Shown here: in pieces, positions 47,746-59,112 of the stretch | How the letters are laid out: every line of letters begins with the position of its first letter | Position numbering within the stretch: position 1 is the stretch's first letter | NCBI GenBank assembly: GCA_977018835.1 | Contig: OZ361258.1 | Coordinates: 496,001-560,000, forward strand | Direction: 5' to 3' | Length of the DNA stretch: 64,000 nucleotides | Source of the DNA: Minutocellus sp. GHC0000111 | Taxonomy: Eukaryota | Translations under genes and position numbers: made by a program | The notes under the pieces: model-generated | Database searches by the model: none | The model's input: only the letters and a program-made list of their open reading frames with translations | Told to the model about the DNA's origin: nothing

Positions 47746-48414
47746 GGCGAAGCATGGGAAAACGCGAAAATCGCCGGCCGACCGACCTTTGTCCCCAAGA
47801 TTCTCCGGAATAAAGAGGAGATCTGAGACAACCACACGCGCGTCACACATCTGGACACCCTGTGCTGTTGTGACGTCGAAGGCGCAGCTCAAAAATTCGA
47901 TTCACAACATGTGTTTGGTGGGGACAAAGTTTCGCGAGAAAAACGACGACGCCGGACGAAATTTTGCTCTCAGCAGCGGCTGATCGAGGGGCGGATACGA
48001 ACCAAAAACACAACAATCAACCAAACAAACCTTTTCATACATATCTTGGGCGCGTATCTCTGCAATGCTGGGTAGATTGGGCTGCTGTGGCTCTCACGGT
48101 ATCGCTTCTCATTCGCGACCCTTTTTCGCGTGCTCGAACACAGGTTGATTGTTTTGAATTATGTTTTCTCATACAATGACAGTCCAATGAAGCTGAAACT
48201 TTCGCATACGTAGCGCAATGGTATCGGAAAGCCTCGGGAATGCCCATATCTTACCTTGCAAATGTGTAGCGGTCAGGAGCGGGGGTCACCATGATGAGCT
48301 TCGTTCGGGAGAAAAAATGGATTAGCGTCGGTCTTTCCGTCGTCCGTCGAGGGCCCGAAAACGCGAGCGAAGTGCGCGAAATGGCGGGACCAACAAATGT
48401 CTCAATTTCTTTCA

Positions 48415-50123
48415 CCTGAAGCACACGCTCGACCTTGTCAGCGAGAGCTTTGATCGATTCGGCGGTCAACTCACCCTCTGGCATTTCGTATAGAGCCTTC
48501 TCAAAGTAAGGCACAGCAATCATCGCTCTGAGAGCGAACACCTTGTACGGATGGGAGTTCACGATATCTTCGGCAATCAACTAACATGGGATTGGCTCGC
48601 CCTCCCGCGACAGAGCATACTTGGCTCTCCATGCAGCATCTCCAACGAGGGCGTCCAAGAACATACTCTGGAGCTCAGCATATGGAACACTCGTAGGGGC
48701 GCGCTCCTGAGAAAATAGTGGGGAGGGCATCTCAATGTTGGCGAAATGAGCTGCATGCCCGGCCTGGATTGATGAATCAGAGGAGGTGGCACAAAGGGTG
48801 AGAATGTTATTATGACTAAGAGACGTATATCATGAATCAGTATCATAAATACCAGCATATGGTGACAACCCATCTTACCTCATGCATGAGAGTAGTAAGG
48901 CCCGTAAGCCCACTGCCGATTTGGCTAGGATCCGCCAATGAAGTGAAATGAGTAACCGCTGGTTGGAAGGTACCGTCTGGCTTTTGCCAAGCGGGCTGTG
49001 GCCAATGACAGAAACCGTTCGAATACTTCCTCTTTCGGTCAAGAAGATCAAGATCCATTTGGGCACCGCGATATGAAATGTTCGTCTTTGCGAAGGATCT
49101 TCCCCATTGCTCGACCGCCTTCTCGAAGGGAAAGTACGGATCCATCTTCTTCACAGTCTCCCCTGCCATAAGGAAGGATTGATTCCATGGCTCAAGTGAC
49201 GATGGGCCACCCTTCTCGGCGGCGAAGCGTTCCCTCGCTTTCTCCATGATCGGCCGAGACCCTTTCTCCAGCGTATCGAGAATAGAAAAGAGCTCGTCTT
49301 TGCCAAACCCTTCCGCTTGGGTAACCTTGTAGTCATAGTAATCTTTGAAATTAAGGGCCCTGGCATACTGGTTCCTAACCTTGACGAGCTCAACAAAGCC
49401 ATGATCACAGACAAAGTCTCCAATCTTGTTGAGACCCTCCCAGCAAGCCTTTCGGACAGCCTCATCGGGATCTACGCGAAGCTTGGAGCGCAGACCAACG
49501 CTGCTCATCTCCTCAAAGGTGCCATCTGGCATGTTCGCGCCCAGAACGAGATTGTTGCGCTCACTCTCGAGCTTGCCCTCGATTTTGGTTGCCTCGGAAC
49601 GCAGTTCCTTGGCCTCTTCGGATTCCATGATATAGCACCCAAATGTACGCTCCAGCATCTTGAGCGTCTTGGCCGTCATGTCGTCACTGCCATCGTCATT
49701 TGAAATTTCTCCCAGCAATTCTCGCGTCTTGGCCAACTTGTTCTCGTCGGCCAAGAATTCCTCCATCTCGCCCTTGGTCCTGGTGAGCTCTTCGACGGAA
49801 TACTTGGGATCCGACAGGGCCATCTTGGTCCCCCAGAACTGCATCTCAAAGTCGCGATGGAGACGCTCGTACTCGGTGTTGACGGCATCGATGAAGGATT
49901 GGACATCAGTGGAGGAAGTGGTGGTCGATGCTGAGTCAGACGAGCTTTCGGCGGATGTGGCGGCTTCGGCGGTGCATGATGTGCTTCTCGTGGGGGAAGA
50001 TGAGGAAGCAGATACCGATGCAGATGCCGGGCTTAACCGAGTGGCGAATAATGCCGATGCCGGCAAGGTGAAGGCGGCGGCCGCCGCTGGGAGAGCGAGG
50101 ATGGGACAGGCGAGGAACTTCAT
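48415..50123 (-). pseudogene. M3-family oligopeptidase (probably plastid-targeted); intron 48764-48878; in-frame TAG at 48581-48583; 3'-truncated
   Basis: KYSNGFCHWP, spliced zinc motif MHE|AGH and SQERAPTSVPYAE. Exon 2 reads PIPC*LIAED, and similarity ends at KVERVLQ. Confidence 0.8.
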
Positions 50124-50253
50124 TGTTCCTTGCGTTCGCGCCTTCTGGAAAAAAGGAGCCCGTGAGATATTTTGGTCTGGCCTTCGTCAGTGGTCGTCGA
50201 CCCTCGAAAGTTGGGGCCGGCTGCTGCTACTCGTACTAGTCTAGCTACGTAGT

Positions 50254-52362
50254 ATGCTGTTGCAACATTGCTTGTTGCAAAATTGCTTGATCAACAAGTC
50301 CAGCATGGTACGACAAGAGATGACTCTTCGGTGTGCGCGGCTGGTATTCCGAGAGGAGGTTGTCGCTCGCGGCGTGGCGGCGAGATCGAGAGGGATTGGG
50401 TCGTCTTTTGCGCCATCTTCTTCATTCTCGCCAGACCAGCAGAAGAACCCAACATGTGTTCGTTCGTCCTCAACAGCCGCTCTGCAGTGTTCATCAAAGG
50501 CGGTCGCGAGCAGTGCTGCACGCATTACTCGTATACCCCAGCCCGCTAACATTTGTCACCCACAAAGCTCCTTTGGTGTAGAAAGGCGCCATGCAGCTGG
50601 CTTGGAAGCAAGACTTCTTTCGTCAACTACCGAAGCCAGCCTTTTGGGTGACGACGGTTTCGATCCGTTCGTTACGCATCACAATGCCAAGGATGCCGAC
50701 CGTGCCGATCGCATGGTCCGTGATTATGTCAAGAGGAGGTTGGCCGGTGGAAGTGGCATTGATATCAGGCAAGACTTTTCCCAAGGTGCTCTCAATTCAT
50801 ACCGACTCCTTAGTGAAAAGGCCGCCGAGCAGGCGCGAAGGGGAGGAAAGCGACCGGATACAACATTCGCAAAAAAGGCTGCTGACTTGCTTTCGTTTGT
50901 CGAGGAAGCATACACTCAAGATCCTTCTTTATCGCCAACAAGCAAGTCCTACGCTATGGTAGTAGATGCGTTCGCCAAGATAGGTGAGCCTCAAGATGCA
51001 GAGGCCGTGCTGCTCAGATTAGAAAAGCTTTGGAGCTCTGGAAACGAAAAAGTGAAGCCAGGCACGATTCTTTACAACTCGGTGATTAACGCGTGGGCCA
51101 AGAGTGGGAGGAGAGAGGCGCCGAAGAGGGCAGAAACGATATTGCAACACATGGAGCAACTGAATCAGCAAGACCATGAGGGTGTCTGCCCCGATACCAT
51201 CAGCTACAACGCCGTCATCAACGCATGGGCCAAGAGTCGAGAAAAGGGCGCAGCTCAGAGAGCCGAGGCGATATTGATTCATATGCTAAAACTGCAAGAA
51301 AGTGGACAAGGGGAATGTCAACCAAATGCAATTTGCTTCAATTCTGTGATTGATGCATGGGCGAGAAGCAAATATGCCGATGCGCCGCAGCGAGCCGAGG
51401 CACTTCTCGAAAAGATGGAAGAGCTGTGCCGACAAGGAATTGAAGATGCTTGCCCTGATACAGTCAGCTACAATGCTGTAATCAACGCATGGGCCAAGAG
51501 CCGCGAGAAGGGGGCGGCCCAGAGGGCCGAAGCGATACTGCACCACATGTTGAAGCTAAACGAAGGCGGCCGAGAGGAATGTCGCCCAGATACAATAAGC
51601 TTTACTGCTGTAATCGACGCGTGGGCAAAGAGCGGAGAAAAGGGAGCGGCGCAAAGAGCAGAGGCAATTTTGAATCACATATTGAAACTACACGAAGGTG
51701 GCCGAGAGGACTGTCTTCCCACTGATATAAGCTTCACTTCCGTAATTAATGCATGGGCAAAAAGTGGAGACGAAAAGGCATATGACAATGCAGTGAGAAC
51801 ATTCAACCTTATGCAAAGTATGCAAGGAAAAGGCTACAGCAATATCAAGCCAAGCAATATCACATACAACGCGTTGATGAACACACTTGCCGTCAGCCGA
51901 ATCCCAGACAAAGCCCCTCGAGCCTACAATATGGTGTTGTATATGGAAGATAGAGGGAAAGAAGGTGAGGAAAGTCTTGCGCCAAATACGCAATCGTACG
52001 GCACAGTCCTCAAGGTCTGTAACCGTGCATCTACGAGTATTTCACCCAAACGCAAAGACGAGGCCCTCCGAATTGCACTGATGACGTTCGAAAAGTTGCG
52101 CAGGAACCCCGATGTGGCCATTGATTCCAATAAGTATCCCCCACTTTTTGCTGTCGTTAACAATGCCGCCAAGTTCGAAACGTACAAGAAACTGGTAACG
52201 GAAGTATTCCGTTTGTGTTGTGAGGATGGGGTTCTGAACGACAAGCAGTTGAAGGACTTGCGTCGGTTTGCACCAAAAGATGTGTTTCGAAAACTAGTCG
52301 GAACGAACGCCGATGTGACGGTACGTGATCTTCCACCGGAGTGGAGTAGAAATATTCGATAA
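50254..52362 (+). CDS. Pentatricopeptide-repeat protein (44-aa repeats), probably mitochondrial
   Basis: Repeated PDTISYNAVINAWAKS..AAQRAEAIL units and C-terminal FRLCCEDG..DLPPEWSRN. Confidence 0.9.
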   Translation: MLLQHCLLQNCLINKSSMVRQEMTLRCARLVFREEVVARGVAARSRGIGSSFAPSSSFSPDQQKNPTCVRSSSTAALQCSSKAVASSAARITRIPQPANICHPQSSFGVERRHAAGLEARLLSSTTEASLLGDDGFDPFVTHHNAKDADRADRMVRDYVKRRLAGGSGIDIRQDFSQGALNSYRLLSEKAAEQARRGGKRPDTTFAKKAADLLSFVEEAYTQDPSLSPTSKSYAMVVDAFAKIGEPQDAEAVLLRLEKLWSSGNEKVKPGTILYNSVINAWAKSGRREAPKRAETILQHMEQLNQQDHEGVCPDTISYNAVINAWAKSREKGAAQRAEAILIHMLKLQESGQGECQPNAICFNSVIDAWARSKYADAPQRAEALLEKMEELCRQGIEDACPDTVSYNAVINAWAKSREKGAAQRAEAILHHMLKLNEGGREECRPDTISFTAVIDAWAKSGEKGAAQRAEAILNHILKLHEGGREDCLPTDISFTSVINAWAKSGDEKAYDNAVRTFNLMQSMQGKGYSNIKPSNITYNALMNTLAVSRIPDKAPRAYNMVLYMEDRGKEGEESLAPNTQSYGTVLKVCNRASTSISPKRKDEALRIALMTFEKLRRNPDVAIDSNKYPPLFAVVNNAAKFETYKKLVTEVFRLCCEDGVLNDKQLKDLRRFAPKDVFRKLVGTNADVTVRDLPPEWSRNIR

Positions 52363-52459
52363 GCTGGGACTTCCCATCAATAAAAGCTACCATTGCTCAA
52401 CAATATCGATGAAATCTGCTCTATGAATTCTCATCTAGAGTTACCATGGTACTTGGAGG

Positions 52460-53369
52460 TTATTCCACCGAGCATCCCTCCAATCTCTTTCGGCAAACTT
52501 CGATTCCATCCCTCCTCAGTCTGGCCTTGTTCCGACTTGGCAGTCCCTCCAAATCGACATACCCACTTTGCACTGCCCTCATCACATCCGCCTGCCGGAG
52601 CAGATGTATGGTCGGGTGGGGCGATCGAATGGTATAGTCGGCGCAACCCACTCCTAGCACTTGCTCCTCATCACCATCATTTGCTGGAGGCCGTTCCGTA
52701 TAGGTATCATGCACCGCCAGCGGGTGGAAGAGTACTAATTGCAAATGATCCGAATGTCCGCGATCGACGATGCATTGCATTTGGATCCGCCACGACAATT
52801 GGACGAGGTTGCGATATTCCCTCCCAAGGGATGGGTAGACGTCGGTGTCGAGAATGATGAGGGTCGTTTCAGGATATTCGCAATCGTCTGCATTGTTTGG
52901 GTCGTAATCATCGTCGCCACCACCACTATCTTCAACCATGCTGTTCTGCTGATTCAACAATCCCTCCACCAGCAGGTCGGTCTCGGCCGATATCTGCTCC
53001 AGCAGTTCGTCGAGTCCATCACCATTGGTAGTAGTGGTCGCATCGGGAACCACCATGCGCAATTGTGGCGCCGATCGCACGGGCGGTGCGAACGGGCAGA
53101 GCTTTTGACCAATCACTATGTCGTCGATCCAACGCTGTGTTTCTTCCCATAAGACGATGATGGCGGGTAGGGGATGCGGTGCCCGTCAGTCTGCCCAGGT
53201 CATTTGCTTCGCTCGAGTATGGACGACATGCCTCAGCCTTGTAGTAGTAGAGTGCGCCAGAAGCAGAATTGGCACATAATGCGCTGCCATGGTGTCGGCC
53301 AAAGATACGGGCTTGAATTGCGCCTGAAGCACGAACACCTCCAGTTATCAGCTCTCTAGTCCTTCGCAT
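52460..53369 (-). CDS. DUF1415 family protein; probable frameshift near 53180 between presequence and domain
   Basis: TQRWIDDIVIGQKLCPFA, LQLVLFHP and DYTIRSPHPTIHLLR. The domain frame is closed by a TGA near 53190 and has no ATG upstream of the domain. Confidence 0.75.
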
Positions 53370-54351
53370 TGTTCCGAGGATATGCTCGTTCCTTTCTTTC
53401 TCCTTCAAAGCTTCAAAGTTCAAAATTTCGCCGGCCGACCCCCGAGACCCGGAGGCCGGCAGGCTCTTCTTGCAACGGAAACGGGACCAGACGCATTATT
53501 AGGTAGCTGGAAATGAATAAAATTATAGAGGCTATTATCAAATAGATGTAAGTTGGTATGTTTAGGGTATTTACGCCTTAATTACTCTTACCTAAACTTT
53601 CGGCGATGGCGCGGGTCGGTATTGTCGGCCACCATGCGACAAGGTGAAAAAGGTGAAAGCTTGACTGCCCTGCACCCTCTTTGACCTGATTGAATTTCAC
53701 CTCGCCCCAAGCGACCGCTCACGTGATTCCCTTGCGCTCGATTCATAGGCGGACTCATCGGAGGCTTCGGTATCTTCTGCAGGGCATTTGACAACGAGCA
53801 CGTCCCTGGCAAAGCCGCGTCTATTTTCGTAAGACTGCCCTTATTCCGAACCTCAGGAGCGTTTTCCGGAAGAATAAGCAAGCCTGAACGGACGCGCTTG
53901 GAGCCAATCGGGTGCGTTTCCACGCTGGGACCGCATAATAATTTGCACACAGTAGTAAGAGATGCATCCCCCGCTGCCTTTGCCATCGGCCGATTCCAGC
54001 GGCGGCGATTCGAGCACATCTTGCGCCACGGTTTGCGCGTGCGCGGGATGCCGACGGTCCCGGGAAGGCTCGAGCACACACAATTGCACCACCCCCAGCA
54101 GCAGTATGACCGATTCTAATTATCAAGTGGAGACCAGCCAAAGCATGACGGCGCCAGCAGCATTGGCACCGGTGCATTTGAGCGGCAGTGCGGCAGCCAT
54201 GACCGAGGGCAGACCTGGAACGACAGCAAGAGCAGGCTGCTCGCCAGTGGATGCGGACCAGCCGAGAAATTTTAATTATTATGATTGCAGTGGTCGGACA
54301 TCATCCAGGACAAGGCGGGGAAAACATCGCGGTGGTATAGCGACCGGAGCA

Positions 54352-57077
54352 ATGCGGCCGTCGCTGATCATATTGGCGGTCCTGCTGGGCTCTCTGGCCG
54401 TCCTTCCGACAAGTGCCGCGGCGGAGGCGGAAGCAGGAGCAGCCCCAGCGGCAGCAGCCCCAGAGATGAACGAAGACAAGCAACTGTCCCGGAAACGACC
54501 TTGTCATCGCAACACCGGCGCAATGGTCACCGGGGACATCTCGCAGATCATTTCCCTCCGGCTGCATCCGCATCCGGCACCGACTGCTGAGCCGACCTTT
54601 GCACCCACTGCAGAGCCGACCTTTGCACCCACCCTTGTTGATGACGACGATGATGACGACGACGACGACGATGAGTTATATGGCAATGGCATGCCCCAGC
54701 CGCGCAACGAGCGGCCGTGGGAGGAGCTGCAGAACAGCAACTCGACTGATGCCGATCAGAACCAGATGGACGGTCGGGATGCTGAGGATGAGGACGGAGA
54801 TAGTGATGATAACGAGCTTGATCCGGCAAGTGACGATGGCGGCATCCTCGACCTGCTCGAGAAGGTCGATAGCGATGACGACGCCGAGACCAAGGGCACT
54901 ACCGATGGTGGTGGTATTCCCGAAATCATCGACGTGAGTCCGGGAAAGTATGCCGTCCCATTCACGCCGGCGCCGGCGGCCATGCCGGTGGTACCGCCCA
55001 CCACCGCCAGTCCGACGGCTGCGCCGGTCACGGCATCGCCAACGAAGAAGCCAACCCTGGCACCGACCAAACAACCTACACTTGGTGAGTTCAACTGATT
55101 CGATTCGATAATTGCTTATGATTAAAAATGCGAAGAAGGAGGGCGCGTAGCCTTGCTCTTTCTTTCTTTTCCCCGCCTCATGTTTTCATCGTCTATCTTC
55201 TTTACCATAAATGAATAAATGCAGCACCAACCACGGCCAAGCCTACGCCAGTGCCAAGTCCCAATCCGACCACAGCCGCACCGATCACGGCGGCCCCAAC
55301 TCGCCAACCGCAGGCGGCGCCCACCACGGACTATCCCACGGCAACGCCGACTCAAATGCCAATAGTACCACCCACGACATCCACACCAACATTGGGCCCT
55401 TCAACGGCAAAGCCGACACTACCACCGGTGCCGGAACCGACCGCAACTCCTACCACACGACCGACGCCACGGCCCACGGCATCGCCAACCCCGGCACCGA
55501 CTTTGCCCATCCAAGAATTTCTCATCGAGCTGGAATTCGTCTTTGACGACATGCCCAAGCTTGAGGACTCCTCCATCATACTGTGGGAGGAAGTCACCGC
55601 CGAACAGATTTACGATCACATGTACTGGACGAGCAGTGAGATTGGGATGGAAGAATTCCTGGGCATGGGAGTCAACACCCGCATCCGGAGGCAGATCCAG
55701 GGTGTTCCGGACACCGGGGGTCCCAACCGGCAGCCATCTTCTTCCAATGTCAATGGCGGGTCATCGGGTCTGACGGCGACGGATCGGGCTAATTCTGACT
55801 GCATCCAATGTACCAACATCCCCACCACGTTCATGATAGACACCGACGAGACATGTGCCTCATACTCCTATGCTTTCGAGCGCCGCTGCGGCACCGAGCT
55901 TGGATGGTGGGGTAAAGACGGCAATCCCGAATATTGTCAGTACTCATGCTGGAAGAATGGTGTCCCCTACCCCAGTCAAGGAAACGCACCCTGCTGTAAT
56001 CGCGATGATAGCGATGACAAGGTAAGGCGAGATTTACAAGCGTCTGGTGGGGAGGATGGCCAAGCATCCACACCGTTGACCATCATAGCGGTCAATGTCA
56101 TCAAGTTCCGTTCGTCGAGAGAATATACGCAGGAGCGCATTGAAGACACAGTCGGTAAGGCATTCAACAGCGAATCGGATAGAGAAAAGTACATCCAGGA
56201 GCTCAAAGCGACCAATGATCGATCTTTCCGCAACGTCAATGCCGTCATGGTCATCATGGATGGCTCGCCTGTCCCCGAAGCACCAACGCCAGCTCCAGTT
56301 GCTGGCCCCGGTGACGTCGATGGTAACAGTGGTGGCGGAATCAACATATGGCTCATCGTCGGCCCGCTCATCGGAGGCGTCCTCGTAGTTGTTGCATTTG
56401 GTATTCTCATCTACTCCAGGCAACAAAATAAGCGCAAGAAGGCCTTCATGTCCAAAGCATACGATGCAACGCGTGTGTCCAAGTTTGTCGATGTCAACCA
56501 ATCCGACGATGTGTCGACCTTGGGTGATCCGTTTCCAAATGGTGGCGCGATGTTTGCTGCAAGTCCTCTCGTCAAGGATACCGCCGACAACAGTGTCAGC
56601 GTAATGTCCGCTGACTACGACTACGCTCGCGCTTTCGGTACGCGTGGCGATGCTCCGACCGCAAGCACGCCCAAGTCGTTCGAGGCCGATCGCTCTCAAG
56701 GTAGTGGTTCTGGCAGGGCCACTCTTTCCACTGCAACCGGTGGTTTTGCAGCCAGGATGGACGCGTCGCTCTTCCAAGACGATGCTTCCTTCGAGCAGCA
56801 GTACTGCGAACAGGAGGAACGGATAGAAGTCGACGCCCCCGCAGGAAAGTTGGGCGTTGTCATTGATACACCAGTTGGTGGCGTCCCCTTGGTGCACGCT
56901 ATCAAAGATACTTCCATTTTGGCTGATAAAGTTCGAGTTGGAGACCAGCTTGTGTCGGTGGATGATATCGACACAACGCAGTTGTCGGCGATTGAGGTTT
57001 CCAAGCTCATCAGCTCGAGAGCGAACAATCCCTCTAGAGTATTGGTCTTTATCAGGCTTCGAGTGGGCGATCAATAA
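54352..57077 (+). CDS. Type I membrane protein with signal peptide, Pro/Thr mucin-like stalk, SEA-like and Cys-rich regions, TM helix and C-terminal PDZ-like domain; intron 55085-55224
   Basis: MRPSLIILAVLLGSLAV, PT repeats, IWLIVGPLIGGVLVVVAFGILIY and APAGKLGVVID..VGDQLVSVD. The GTGAG..CAG intron keeps the frame. Confidence 0.8.
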
Positions 57078-57168
57078 ATGGATCATTTACGGCCAAACAA
57101 AAAAAGCTTACTAATGTAATCCAAAAACATTGCATATATTTTTATAATGAAATTTCTCTCTATTTAAA

Positions 57169-58935
57169 TTAAATGAAAGGAAACTCTTCGTCAACTCCAC
57201 CATCGGCACCACCACTTCCACTTTCTCCGATCGACCCAAAGAAGCTCAATGTTTCCTCCAATTTCTCCACAAACACATCGACATCCTCCTTGGTGTTGTA
57301 AAAATACAAACTTGCTCTCGCTGAGTGCGAATAGCCCAATGCTCTGTGCAGCGGTTGGCAGCAGTGATGCCCGGCTCGAATGGCCACTCCTTCCATGTCG
57401 AGGAAGGTTGACAAATCCGAGGGATGGACCTGGTCGCAAACAAAGGAGAGAAGAGCGGCGCGATCCTCAACCTCTGCTGATGGGCCCAACACAGTTACGC
57501 CAGGAACTTCGTCCAAACGACGATGCAGGTAAGCGCCCAACTCGTGCTCGTACTTTTCAATCCGATCCATACCGATCTTGTTGAGAAATTCAATGGCGGC
57601 ACCAAGTCCAATGGCCTGGGCGATGGCCGGAGTACCAGCCTCAAATCGCGCCGGGGCGGGAGCAAAGGTCGACCGGTCGTTGTATACCTCATCAATCATT
57701 TCACCGCCGCCCATGAATGGTGGCATGGAATTCAACAACTCCTCCTTGCCCCATAGGAAACCGATACCGGTCGGTCCGCACATTTTGTGCCCGGACGCGG
57801 CGAGGAAATCACATCCCAGTGCCTGGACGTCCACCTTCATGTGCGGGACAGATTGGCAAGCATCAAACACAATCTTGGAGTCGGCATGAGCCTTGGAACG
57901 GACCAGCTCCACAATCCGATCGGTTGGGTTGACACACCCCAAAACATTGGAAACGTGCTGAACGCTGACAATCTTGACCTCGTCCGACAGCATCTCCTCA
58001 AATGCCTTCCAATCGGGCGTACCGGCCTCCTTATCGACGGGAATGGTCTTCAACGTAGCCCCCGTCTCCTCGCAAACAATCTGCCACGGAACAATGTTGG
58101 AATGATGCTCAATCTCACTGATAATCACCACGTCGCCATTTTGCAATGAATTCCTTGCATATGTGTAGGCGACGAGGTTGATCGCCTCGGTGGCACCAGA
58201 CGTGAAGACGATCTCATTGCGACTCGGGGCGTTGACAAAGTCGGCGATGGCATCTCGCGCACCCTCGTACTGCGAGGTGGCCTCCCGGGAGAGACAGTGG
58301 GCACCCCGATGGACGTTGGAGTTGGCCTTGAGGTAGTAATCGGTCAGCTTGTCCAAGACGTAGGTCGGCTTTTGTGACGTGGCGGCCGAATCAAGATAGA
58401 TGAGGGGCTTCTTCTCGTCCTCATCGGCACCAGCCGCGCCGACCCGAGTGGAAAGAATGGGAAAGTCAGCGCGGACCGATTCGGGCAGGGCGGCGTCGTT
58501 GAGCTGGAAGGATTTCCACCATGGCGCTTCCGCCGACGACAAATCTTCGCTCCCATCAGTCGCTGCATCTGGCTTCTGCACACCATTACTGGTCTCCACC
58601 GACTTTTCGGTACTAGAATCCAACGCGCCATCAGTCTCATTTTCAACGCCCGAGCTCATGTAAAGAGCACTCTGATATCGTCGGTCCGCGGGTGCTCTCG
58701 AATTTGAGTGAGACGAAAGCATGCGCTGGATGGATGCGCCGCTAATGCAGTCTTCTGCAGTAACGCATGATGTGCCGGTTTCAATGGCAGTTCTGCAAGT
58801 GGGTGGAGAGATAGGCGCCGACGGAGGCACAAACGCAGATACAGCCGGCAGTGATAGACAGGCACCTCCTGCCGTCGCTGCCGCCGCTAGGGCAAGGGTG
58901 GCGGCGGCTGACCTGGTCGACGTTGAGGCGGCCAT
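57169..58935 (-). CDS. sufS: Plastid cysteine desulfurase SufS
   Basis: YLDSAATSQKP, NVHRGAH, EHHSN, SGHKMCGPTG, FEAGTP, IRAGHHC and presequence VSA-FVPP. Confidence 0.95.
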   Translation of the reverse strand: MAASTSTRSAAATLALAAAATAGGACLSLPAVSAFVPPSAPISPPTCRTAIETGTSCVTAEDCISGASIQRMLSSHSNSRAPADRRYQSALYMSSGVENETDGALDSSTEKSVETSNGVQKPDAATDGSEDLSSAEAPWWKSFQLNDAALPESVRADFPILSTRVGAAGADEDEKKPLIYLDSAATSQKPTYVLDKLTDYYLKANSNVHRGAHCLSREATSQYEGARDAIADFVNAPSRNEIVFTSGATEAINLVAYTYARNSLQNGDVVIISEIEHHSNIVPWQIVCEETGATLKTIPVDKEAGTPDWKAFEEMLSDEVKIVSVQHVSNVLGCVNPTDRIVELVRSKAHADSKIVFDACQSVPHMKVDVQALGCDFLAASGHKMCGPTGIGFLWGKEELLNSMPPFMGGGEMIDEVYNDRSTFAPAPARFEAGTPAIAQAIGLGAAIEFLNKIGMDRIEKYEHELGAYLHRRLDEVPGVTVLGPSAEVEDRAALLSFVCDQVHPSDLSTFLDMEGVAIRAGHHCCQPLHRALGYSHSARASLYFYNTKEDVDVFVEKLEETLSFFGSIGESGSGGADGGVDEEFPFI

Positions 58936-59112
58936 CTTCGCGAAGGTTCTTCGAAGAGAGAAATGAGCGTCGGTGCGTCACTACTCGTTCAGTCCAGCGA
59001 GTCAACTACCTGTACCAAGTGTGAAAAACAGAGTTCGCACTCATCGGAAGTGGTTACATGTACCGGTAGATCTACTTGCAAAACTCTACAGACATTTTTA
59101 TTACATTATTCT

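Noticed and set aside
7877..48583. Stop-codon reassignment, selenocysteine or RNA editing as the explanation for in-frame TGA/TAG
   Set aside because: TGA and TAG terminate many normal genes here (e.g. 9765, 21314, 30268, 14456). The contexts suggest lost Arg or Glu codons, and frameshifting deletions co-occur.
47767..53440. Shared 13-mer tcgccggccgacc at 47771 and 53428
   Set aside because: A 13-nt GC-rich match is expected by chance in 64 kb, and there is no extended similarity.
21560..57086. Long antisense or overlapping ORFs (e.g. 21560-22447, 37090-37809, 56034-57086)
   Set aside because: These are shadow frames of GC-rich genes with no recognisable motifs.
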